This document shows positions 52,404-61,172 of a stretch of 64,000 bases of DNA, piece by piece. The stretch's first letter is position 1, and every line of letters starts with the position of its first letter. The notes under the pieces were generated by a model. The model made no database searches. It saw only the letters and a program-made list of their open reading frames with translations, and had not been told where the DNA came from. The position numbers and the translations under genes are program-made. This stretch comes from Myxococcales bacterium (GTDB lineage: Bacteria > Myxococcota_A > Polyangia > Polyangiales > DASUME01): positions 4,512,001 to 4,576,000 of the forward strand of contig JASGJH010000001.1 of NCBI GenBank assembly GCA_047601445.1, in the 5' to 3' direction.

Positions 52404-52886
52404 CTACCTCCCCAGGACTACTTTGCCGCCGCGAATCCGCGCGACTACGGCCACACTCGGGCCCGCCAGGCTGGCGGGCACGTAACTGATCGCGTCCTTC
52501 ATCACCTGCAGGGTGCGGACCGCAAGCTCGGGCGCCGCAACCTCGGCCGGAGCGCGCGCACCACCACGCACGCCCTGGTCGATCCAGAAGCGGGCGGCCG
52601 TGTCGGCGTCGAAGCCGAGCACCACTAGATCGAAGATGTTGCGCGCGGGCGAGCCCTTCGCGAGGTTGATGGGCGTGATCTTGGAGCCATCGCTCCAGAA
52701 GTGCTTCTTGCGCGTGAAGATCGCCTGCAGGTCGCCGGCGGACAGAGAGCCGACGCTCTTCAACTTCGAGGGGTGCACGATCACGGCGAGCTCGCTCACG
52801 TCCTGAGCGGTGCCGTGGGTAACACTGCCGAACAGCAGCGTAACGAGGAGGAGCCAGACGAGGGCTGTGAGGGATCGGTGTGCCAT
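52404..52886 (-). CDS. Small secreted PstS-like/periplasmic binding protein homologue
   Basis: Signal peptide; LAVIVHPS...LSAGDLQAIFTRKKHFWSDG...AISYV; ATG overlaps the barrel-gene stop (TGATG). Confidence 0.75.
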   Translation of the reverse strand: MAHRSLTALVWLLLVTLLFGSVTHGTAQDVSELAVIVHPSKLKSVGSLSAGDLQAIFTRKKHFWSDGSKITPINLAKGSPARNIFDLVVLGFDADTAARFWIDQGVRGGARAPAEVAAPELAVRTLQVMKDAISYVPASLAGPSVAVVARIRGGKVVLGR

Positions 52887-54352
52887 CAGAATGCCAACAC
52901 CAGTCGAGAGATGAGGTTGAAGAACGTGTCCTTGTCGGACCGCTTCCAATCATGAGCAAAGTCGATGAACTGGAACGCGCTGAACTGGTTCTTCACGCTG
53001 ACGCGCGGTGTGATGAGGACGTTCAAGCCACCTGAGGCCTGGATTACGCCGTCGGCGTTGCTGAGCACGTTGACGCGACGAAACGCCTCAAACAGGAGGT
53101 AGGGCTCGATGTGCCAGTCAGGCCGCGTGTAGGCCGCGAGCACATAGCCATCCCACTTGATCTCGTTGGGCTGGGTCGCGCCGGGCTGGTTGCCCGTGAG
53201 CCGGTGGAACCCGTCGTCGTACTGGATGCGCTGCATCGCGCCTTCGGCGCGCACGCGGAGGTTCCCGATGTCGGCCGAGAGGTCCACGCCGAGGGCGTAT
53301 TCCCGGCCGCTGAACCAGGTCACGCGCTCGAGGTTGAAGGGGATCAGGCTAGCGACGCGCTTCTTGATGTCCTTGAAGTGGTCCCAGTACCAAGAACCGC
53401 CCAACGTGAAGCGGTTCTTGTAGCGGAGGTAGGCGCGGCCGCCGAAGGCCTTGTTGTTGTCCACGTCGGTGAGCGCGAAGTTGCGTCCGTTGCTCACCGT
53501 GAAGTGGTAGCCGATGTCCAGGAAGCCCTTGGTGATGACGCCTAGGAGTTCCATACCGATCTGGCGCGTCGGGAAGAACTCGGAGGCGAAGAACTCGGGA
53601 AGCACCATCGAGATCAACGTGGGCTGACCGTGGTCGACGTTCCAGATGCCGTAGGGCGTCAGGAAGATACCGGTGCGCAGGTTGAACCAGTCGCGCGGCT
53701 GCCACTGGGCCCAGGCGCGCTCGAGCAGGATGCCGCTCCACTGGATCTTGTTGCGGCCAGTGGTGCTCGAGGTGTCGTAGGTCGAGGTGTCGGTGCGCTG
53801 GTACTTGATGCTCGGGTCGCTGGGGAAATCGAAGCTGGTCTCGGTGCCGTTGGGCCAGAGCGAGAAGCGGGTTTCCACCAAGGCTCGGAACTGCTCGTGC
53901 GGCTGAGCGTCGAAGTAGAGGTTCAGGCCGCCGAACTGATAGGTGAAGCCGTCGGCGCGTCCGAAGCCGCGCGTGAAGGAGCGCGGGTCCTGGTACCTGA
54001 GGTACTGAGCACCCGTATCGAAGTAACCGTAGATCTTGAGGAGGTCAGGCGTGACCTCTTCGATCAGGCTCGTGTCCTCCGTCAAGGGCAGGGAAAGGGT
54101 CGGATCCTCGACGAGCGCCGCGGGCGGATTGGCCGTGAGCTCCGCCAGCTTGGCTTCCAGGGCGCGCACGCGCTCCAGAAGTTCAGCTTGGCTCACAGGA
54201 GCCGATTCGGTTACCTCAGCGGACTTTGGCGCCGACGCCGCGGGCGCAGGTTGGCTAGTCGCCGGCGGGGCCTCCTGGGCTCCCACAGGCGATACCAACC
54301 CCACACTTGCACCCAACAGTGTCAGCGCGCTCAAGAAACGAAGCGCGCTCAT
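52886..54352 (-). CDS. Outer-membrane beta-barrel (porin-like) protein
   Basis: Signal peptide, coiled-coil N-terminus, IYGYFD, LERAWAQW...GIFLTPYGIWN, amphipathic strands, C-terminal Phe (RLVLAF). Confidence 0.8.
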   Translation of the reverse strand: MSALRFLSALTLLGASVGLVSPVGAQEAPPATSQPAPAASAPKSAEVTESAPVSQAELLERVRALEAKLAELTANPPAALVEDPTLSLPLTEDTSLIEEVTPDLLKIYGYFDTGAQYLRYQDPRSFTRGFGRADGFTYQFGGLNLYFDAQPHEQFRALVETRFSLWPNGTETSFDFPSDPSIKYQRTDTSTYDTSSTTGRNKIQWSGILLERAWAQWQPRDWFNLRTGIFLTPYGIWNVDHGQPTLISMVLPEFFASEFFPTRQIGMELLGVITKGFLDIGYHFTVSNGRNFALTDVDNNKAFGGRAYLRYKNRFTLGGSWYWDHFKDIKKRVASLIPFNLERVTWFSGREYALGVDLSADIGNLRVRAEGAMQRIQYDDGFHRLTGNQPGATQPNEIKWDGYVLAAYTRPDWHIEPYLLFEAFRRVNVLSNADGVIQASGGLNVLITPRVSVKNQFSAFQFIDFAHDWKRSDKDTFFNLISRLVLAF

Positions 54353-54620
54353 TCCCCTCTACTTTGCGGGCATTCCTCGATGTTCGGTGCCCGTCATTCG
54401 GTACGCAGGATCTGAGCACGCTTCGATTCCTGAATGGAACGCAATTATGCCTGCTGACTCAATCGCGCTTGTGGGAGTTCGGCTCACCGACCTGGAGGGC
54501 TACGAACCAGCGGTTCAGCAACAGGCCTGCGTGCTCGTGCACGTGCTCGGCGGCCCTCGCCCCCTCACTTCTGCTCCCGTGGTCGTGCACGAGCACGACC
54601 TCGTCTCGCTGGAGCAACCG

Positions 54621-55301
54621 CTAGAGAATCCAATCCTGCACCTTGTTCCGCAGCTGTCCAAGCGAGGTCTGGCTGCGCCGCTCGCGCTCCAGCTCGATGC
54701 GCTGCGCGACGTCGTGAAAGAACTGCGGGTCCGTGTAGAAGCGCCGCACGGTGTCGCGTTCCAGCACGCGCTTGCCCTGGCGCGAGGTGGCCGCGACCCA
54801 GAACAGCGCGCCCCATTCCACGGCCACCGCCGTCGCGCCGGCAGGCAAGAGCAGCATGTCCTTGGCGCTACGCGCGGCGTCCGTAGCGACACGGCTCGCG
54901 ATCATCGCGCACAGCTCCCCGAGCGTGAGAGCGACGCCGTCGAACGTCCTGCCGTACTTGCGAAACACGTAGTCGAGCGTGGCTTCGTCGAAGCCGCCCT
55001 CGTCGTCCACCAATTCGGTGTCCGGATGCCGCACGAAGCCCGTGGCCGGCAATGCGAGGTTGCGCGGATCGAGGGCACGCCCTTGCAGCAAGGAGAGACC
55101 TGCCACGCCGAAATTGATCGCGAGCGCAGCTGGCGCGCTGAGCAAGGTGCCGAAACCTAGACGCTCCAGGCCACGCCGACTCTCCCGGGGAGAGATCATG
55201 CGATCCTGGTTCTCGTCGAAGAAGGCCAGATGCTCGTGGAAGCCGATCACGCGCAGCGAAAGATCACCGACGGCTCGGAGGGGGAGATTGGCGCGGCTCA
55301 T
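54621..55301 (-). CDS. Caleosin/peroxygenase-family protein
   Basis: HLAFFDENQDRMISPRE (EF-hand plus catalytic His), RHPDT..DDEGGF...FRKYGRT, LTLGEL, EWGALF, matching plant/fungal caleosin motifs. Confidence 0.75.
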   Translation of the reverse strand: MSRANLPLRAVGDLSLRVIGFHEHLAFFDENQDRMISPRESRRGLERLGFGTLLSAPAALAINFGVAGLSLLQGRALDPRNLALPATGFVRHPDTELVDDEGGFDEATLDYVFRKYGRTFDGVALTLGELCAMIASRVATDAARSAKDMLLLPAGATAVAVEWGALFWVAATSRQGKRVLERDTVRRFYTDPQFFHDVAQRIELERERRSQTSLGQLRNKVQDWIL

Positions 55302-56233
55302 GGGATACCTCTGCGTGCTGTGGGGGAGTGGATGACGGACTCGCGGCTGGGGGGCCGCTCGCTGATGGCGTGTTCGCTGGGCTTCACGAGCACGCCTGTG
55401 CGCTTCGCATGCACCTTGGTGAACTCGGCGCCGAAGAACAGGATTTGAGCCGAGTAGTAGACCCAGATCACCAGCACGATCACCGAGCCCGCGGCGCCGT
55501 AAGGCGAAGCGATGCCGCTGTGTCCCAGGTAGAAGCCAAGCGCGAACTTACCGACCGAGAACAAGAACGCGGTGAGCACACCGCCACCCCAGACCTGCCC
55601 GAAGCGCAGCTTCACGTCGGGTACGACCTGGAAGATCAAGGCGAACAGCAGGCTGATCACCACGAAGGCGACGCCGAAGTTGAGGGCTTGCCAGACACCG
55701 TCTCCGCCGGGCAAGAGCTGCTCAAAGCGACTACCTAGCGCAGAAAGTACGGCGCTCAGCACCAGTGAGACAAGCAGCACAAATGCCACGCTGAGCACCA
55801 TGGTGAAGGACGTGAAACGGTCGCGAACCACACCCCAGATCCCGCGCCCGGGCTTGGCTGTGACCTTCCAGATCGAGTTCAAAGCCGACTGCAATTCCCC
55901 GAACACGCCTGAAGCGCCGAAGAACAGCACGCCGACGCCGACCAGCGTGCCCCAGAATCCGCTGTCTGGCGCGCGCGCGTGCAAGATCACTTCCTGCACG
56001 CTGCGACCCGCCTCCGGCCCGACGAATTTGGCGACTTCTTGGGCGATTTGCCCGCGCGCCGCCTCGTCGCCGAGCACCATGCCCGCCAGTGAGACGGCGA
56101 GCACCATGATGGGCGCCAGGGAGAGCAGCGTGTAGTACGCGAGAGATGACGCCAGACGCGTGGCGTTGTCACCGTACCAGGCGATCCCGGCGTGCTTCAG
56201 ATCAGAGAAAAATCCACTGACTTGGAACCCCAT
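55298..56233 (-). CDS. YihY/virulence factor BrkB family membrane protein
   Basis: LASSLAYYTLLSLAP, ASGVFGELQSALNSIW, YGAAGSVIVLVIWVYYSAQILFFGAE. Confidence 0.92.
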   Translation of the reverse strand: MGFQVSGFFSDLKHAGIAWYGDNATRLASSLAYYTLLSLAPIMVLAVSLAGMVLGDEAARGQIAQEVAKFVGPEAGRSVQEVILHARAPDSGFWGTLVGVGVLFFGASGVFGELQSALNSIWKVTAKPGRGIWGVVRDRFTSFTMVLSVAFVLLVSLVLSAVLSALGSRFEQLLPGGDGVWQALNFGVAFVVISLLFALIFQVVPDVKLRFGQVWGGGVLTAFLFSVGKFALGFYLGHSGIASPYGAAGSVIVLVIWVYYSAQILFFGAEFTKVHAKRTGVLVKPSEHAISERPPSRESVIHSPTARRGIP

Positions 56234-56492
56234 CGTCCTGGGTAGCTGCAAGAGGCGGGCCCACGCCCTCGGACGAAAGAGTGGGCGACGTCACCTCACC
56301 GAATAGACCGGCCGCCGGCGACACTGGCCCACGAGCGAGAGAAGGAGAACGATGGGTAACCTCGCTCGTAAACCTGGTGCCGCCGGCGGTGAGAGCGCGT
56401 TTCACGCACCGCGTCCTCCACACCGCCGTGGAGGACGAAGTTCGACCCTCTGTCGAGGATCTCGGCGCCATGCTGCGCGCCCGGTAAGGGTG

Positions 56493-57834
56493 TTACGGCT
56501 TCATCAGCCGCTTGAGCAAGCTGAGCTTGTCGTTGTTGACGGTCTTGAAGTCGTCGTTGAGCAGACCGCCGGTGTCGCCCGAGTTGGGGTTCAAGCACCA
56601 ATAGAAGAAGTTGTGGGCCTTCTTCTCGACGAGATAGGACACGAAGGCGTCCTGCCACTTCTTGTCCGCATCCATGTAACGGCCACCGAACTCTCCGGGC
56701 ACGAGCGGCTCGTCGCCATCGAGCAAGTAGCCGAAGTGCGCGCCCCAGATGGCGGGCATGTTGTTCGGGAAGTCGGCGACGGAGAAGTAGGGCTGCGCGT
56801 AGACGCTCGGGCCGTACACGTGGGGGCTGTACACGAGGCGTGACTTCGGAAGCTTCACGGGAGCCGCGGCCACGCCCGTGAGGTTCTCGCCCCAGAACAC
56901 CGGCGCGCTACCGCTGAAGCCTTCGGAGCCCACGCCCTCGACGAAGGTCAGGATCTTGGGGTTGGTGGTGAGCACGGTCTTGCCGCCCTCCTCCGCCAGA
57001 GCCTTCCAGTCTTCCCAACGCAGACCGTATGGTTCGTTGAAGAGATCGATGCCCACCACGTAAGGCGCGTAGGTCTTGGCTAGCTCGGCCAAGGTCTTCA
57101 GGTTGGCCAGCCACTTCGTCTTGCCGTAGCCAGTGCAAGCAGGATCGAGCGGACCGGTCTTCTTGAAGCCGACAGCCGACGAACACGTGTGGATGTCCCA
57201 CAGCATGTAGATGCCCGCGGCCTTGGCCGCCTTGGCGAGCTCTTCGAACCCTTCGCGCCCCGTGTCCACCTCTCCGCGCTTGGCCCAGTCGGCACTGGGG
57301 TAGCCCGGGTCGATGCTCTCCGGCGAGAGCGGCACACGCAGGGCGGTAAAGCCCAGGCCTTTGATCTGGTCGAGAAAGTCCGCGACGCTGCGCTTGGCCT
57401 CGGTGGGACCGAACAGCGCGCGCGACTCCGTCTCGAGGCCGAACCAGTTGAGGCCATACAAGCGAACCTCTTTGTCACCGTAGTAGATGCTGCGGCCCTT
57501 CACCCACCAGCTGTCGGTGCGCGTGACTTGCACGCCGAAGATCTCGTCGGGCCCCTGCGCGGGGACCTGCTCCGTGTCTCCATCTCCCGCGCCAGGCTCC
57601 ATGTCACTGGCGTCAGGAGCTGCCTCACCGGCGTCGTCATCCTGCTCGGGGTCGCTCGAATCGCCTCGATCGCCGTCGCCATCGCCATCGCCTTCGTCAC
57701 GGTCGGAGTCTCCGTCGCCGTCGGTCGGATTCGACGTGCTCGCCCAACTTCGGTGCGGTTGGCTCGTCTGCACAGCCCGGAAAAAGCCAGCACGAGAGGA
57801 CGAGCACGGAGAGCTTGGCGACCAGACGACGCAT
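56493..57834 (-). CDS. GH5 endoglucanase (cellulase family) lipoprotein; +1 frameshift at ~57730
   Basis: GLNWFGLET, IDLFNEP (acid/base), YSPHVYGPSV, GEFGG (nucleophile), YWCLNPNSGDTGG; repair links it to the signal MRRLVAKLSVLVLSCWLFPGC. Confidence 0.9.
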
Positions 57835-57932
57835 GGTGTCCAAAGTGGCGCGCGCCCTTCCGACCGGGTCACAGCGTGCGCAACTTTCCCAGCCCGTGAC
57901 CCATCGCCCTCACGCTTGCCCACTCAGCTGCC

Positions 57933-59229
57933 ATGACGCGTGTCTATTCGATCTGGTGGCTTGCCCTCGTGAGCCCTGCCCTGGCCTGCTCCGCTTCCGA
58001 CGACCCCAGCACGAGCCGAGGCATCGGCCACGTGGGCGAGGGAGACGGGGATGGCCCCCCCTCAGGAGATGGCGACGACCCGGCGGGGGGCGGCGGCCCA
58101 CTGTGCGGCGACGGAGCGCTCGACCCGGGAGAGGACTGCGACGACGGCAACCGAAGCTCCAAGGATGGTTGCAGCGCGAGCTGCCGCAGTGAACTCGACT
58201 GCAGCACCGGCACCTGTGTCTCGGAGTGCGGCGACGGGCTCGTGTTCGACGAGGCCTGCGACGACGGCAACGTGCGCGACGGAGACGGATGCTCACACGA
58301 CTGCGAAGTCGAGGCTGGCTTCACGTGCGTCACGGGCGGCGACTGCGATGCGCTGGACGGCCCCTGCACGATTCGGGTCCCGGTGACCTTTCGAGACTTC
58401 AAACCGGAACATCCCGACTTCGAGGTTGGCTGCGGCTCGCTGGTGCAAGGTGTCGTGGAAGAGAGCCTGAACGACATGGGCAAGCCCGTGCTCAAGAACG
58501 GCGGGCCCGCTTGCATCGAGTCCAAGACGACCTTCGCCGAGTGGTACACGGATGGCCCCAACAACCGGCCCATCTCGGGCGAGATTCGAACTCTACCTGA
58601 CGGCGAACGGGACCTACGTGAATCGCTATGGACCGCGCGGCGAGCCTTGGAAGGACGCCCAGGGACAGCGCGAGTATGACGGGAATCCACTCTTCTTCCC
58701 CATCGACGACGCGCCCAACGCCTGGCCCGACATGCGCTACCCGGCGAAGATCCCCGAGCAGTACGGCTACAACGGCTGGCCCTGGGAGAGCTCCATCCAC
58801 CCGGATGCGCCCAAGCACAACTTCTCGTTCACCACGGAGGTCGTGTACTGGTTTCGCTACGAGGCGTCGGCCAACGCGAAGCTGGAGTTCGCGGGCGACG
58901 ATGATGTCTGGGTGTTCGTGAACGGCCAACTGGCCGTGGACCTGGGCGGCGTGCATGTGCCCGAGTCAGGCAGCGTGACCCTCGACCCGAGCACAGCGCA
59001 GCGCTTCGGCCTTCAGAACGGCAAGGTGTACGAGATCCGCGTCTTCCATGCGGAGCGCAAGATGGAGGGCTCGTCGTTCAAGCTCACGCTGGCTGGCTTC
59101 AACATGCAGCGCAGCGAGTGCCGCCCAGTGTGCGGCGACGGCGAAGTGCAAATGGGCGAAGATTGCGATGACGGCAATCGCAATGATGGGGATGGCTGTC
59201 CCGCGGATTGTCTTGCTCCGATACTTTGA
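57933..59229 (+). CDS. Fibro-slime domain lipoprotein with myxobacterial CGDG..E.CDDGN repeats; +1 frameshift at ~58585
   Basis: LAC lipobox; CDDGN...DGCS repeats; FRDF...HPDFE; FFPID, HNFSFTTE, GDDDVWVFVNGQLAVDLGGVH, FHAER. Confidence 0.9.
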
Positions 59230-59243
59230 AGAGGCCCCGAAAG

Positions 59244-59314
59244 GCGGCCATCTGCCATCTGTGAGGGGGCCATCTGCTATCTGCCATCTGCCATCTGCGA
59301 GCGGCCATCGGCCA
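59244..59314 (+). repeat. Heptamer (CCATCTG) tandem array
   Basis: CCATCTG/CTATCTG units with GCGAGCG interruptions; inverted relative to the array at 60145-60406. Confidence 0.85.
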
Positions 59315-59343
59315 CGAACGCAGCACATCACGGAAGGGCTCGC

Positions 59344-60010
59344 GGCGGTGTCGGGAATTTTGTGTAGGCGACCAGGTGGGCGACATGAAAGGAAGGGAAA
59401 AAGAACTGCCCGAGGATAGCCGGAGGCTGAGAAAGCCAAGAACAGCCATGCAGAGAAGGCTGCGCTCAGGCAAGAGTGGGTCGACGAGCTCGTGGCGGGC
59501 TGCCGGACGGAAGCCGACCTTGTCGGACCGGATGGGGTGTTTACGAAGCTCAAGGGCGCGGTGATGAGCCAGCTGCTCGAAGCCGAGATCACTCACCATC
59601 TCGGGCATGAGCGCAACGCGCCTCGAAAGGGCTCCAATGCCCGCAACGGCCACTCCCGCAAGACGGTGCATACCGAGACCGGCAATGTCGTGGTGAGCGT
59701 GGCGACAGACCGCGACGGCACTTTCGAGCCGCAGCTCATCGGCAAGCACCAGCGCCGCTTGGAAGAGTTCGATGAGAAAGTCCTAGCGCTCTACGCGCGC
59801 GGTATGACAACGCGGGTCATCTCGTCGCACCTTCGCGAACTGTACCGCATCGAGGTCTCACACGACCTCATCAGCAAGGCCACCGAGCACGTCATCGATG
59901 AGTTCCGCGCATGGCAAGAGCGCCCGCTCGAGGCGGTCTATCCGGTCATCAACCTCGATGCCATTTTCGTGGGCGTGCGCGATGGTGCTCAGGTGAAGAA
60001 GCGAGCGTCC
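59344..60010 (+). mobile_element. Truncated IS256-family element (left IR plus 5' part of the transposase, pseudogene)
   Basis: GGCGGTGTCGGGAATTTTGTGTA resembles IS256 termini; LLEAEITHHLGHE, NARNGH, DRDGTFEPQLIGKHQRR, LYARGMTTR, WQERPLEAVYP...LDAI; similarity is lost after VKKRA; N-terminus out of frame. Confidence 0.88.
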
Positions 60011-60144
60011 TGCCACCCCGCCGAAACTGCCGAGCGGACTGCCATCAGGTGGCCGGGAAGTGCCACGCGCTGCCCGCCGTCCGCGTACGGCCGATGCCGA
60101 CTGCTGCGAGCTGCTCCGCTGACTGCTGTTAACCGAAGCCGTTC

Positions 60145-60406
60145 GCTGACAGCTGACAGCTAGCAGCTGATGGCAGATGGCGGATGCCAGATGGCTGATC
60201 GCTGATCGCTACTCGCTGATCGCTACTCGCTGATCGCTACTCGCTGATTGCGGATGGCTGCTCGCATATCGCAGATGGCAGATGGCCGATGGCCGCTCGC
60301 AGATGGCAGATGGCAGATGGCCGCTCGCAGATGGCAGATGGCAGATGGCAGATGGCCGCTCGCAGATGGCAGATGGCCGCTCGCAGATGGCCGCTCGCAG
60401 ATGGCC
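60145..60406 (+). repeat. Compound heptamer tandem array (CTGACAG, CTGATCG/CTACTCG, GCAGATG/GCCGCTC)
   Basis: About 35 consecutive 7-bp units visible directly. Confidence 0.9.
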
Positions 60407-60410
60407 CTCC

Positions 60411-60851
60411 TCAGAAACGCAGCGCCCACGAAACCCCAGCACCACCAGGCAACCTCATGGGTTCGATGCTGGCGTGCCGGTGAGCGCGGGCGGCGCGCCA
60501 CGCTTTGTAGCGCTGGCGGTGAATGAGGCCGATGACGAGGGCGGGAACGCCTGCGGCCACCGAGATGGTCGCGAGTGTTACCGAGAAGCGAACGCATGGT
60601 TCTCGGGTCTTCCAGGGGTCGAGCCAGGAATCGGTGCCGCACGTGTGCAACAGCGCCATGCTCTCGGTGGCGCCCAGCAGTAGGGCCGTGCCCACGACGA
60701 TGCCGGCGATGCCGCGTGGGGGGCGTGGCTCGAGCTCGGGAGGAGCGAAACCGAGGCTGGCCTCCTGGTACGACTGCGCCCCTGCGCGCGGGGTCTGCAC
60801 GGCGAGACCACCGACCAGCAGCAGCAAACCCAACCCGAACGAGCGCAGCAT
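60411..60851 (-). CDS. Small exported/membrane protein
   Basis: Signal peptide, two hydrophobic segments, C-terminal GGAGVSWALRF. Confidence 0.65.
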   Translation of the reverse strand: MLRSFGLGLLLLVGGLAVQTPRAGAQSYQEASLGFAPPELEPRPPRGIAGIVVGTALLLGATESMALLHTCGTDSWLDPWKTREPCVRFSVTLATISVAAGVPALVIGLIHRQRYKAWRAARAHRHASIEPMRLPGGAGVSWALRF

Positions 60852-61172
60852 GGGGCGAGCCTATCAGACGCTTTCCCGGGCGCCCGTCGCCACGCATTCG
60901 GTAGGCCAGCGCGAGCCTTGTACTTGGGGAAAGGGAAAAAATCGTCACCCGCTTGTTTCAACGCACGTTTTTACGAGACGCTCGCGTGAGCGCGGGGTAC
61001 CCGACCCCACCCAAACCGGGACCCACAGCGGTTTCTTCCACCGAGGGCCGCGGGATCGGCCGGAGCCGAGGGTGCACCCTGACCGGCCCCTGCGGCGCGG
61101 TTCTCACGAGGGCACCTCCCGTGCTACGGCTAGGGCGCGTTTCCGCGGCTCGCGCGTGCGCTTCGACAAAGG

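Noticed and set aside
22861..58587. Programmed ribosomal frameshifting, or true pseudogenes, as the explanation for the split genes
   Set aside because: No slippery heptamers, unrelated genes affected, no other decay in them, and a shared GATC context favour a systematic sequencing error
60145..60406. Possible CRISPR array, or ORFs with ADGRWQM repeats
   Set aside because: Units are contiguous 7-mers without unique spacers and there are no cas genes; the ORFs are translations of the tandem repeat
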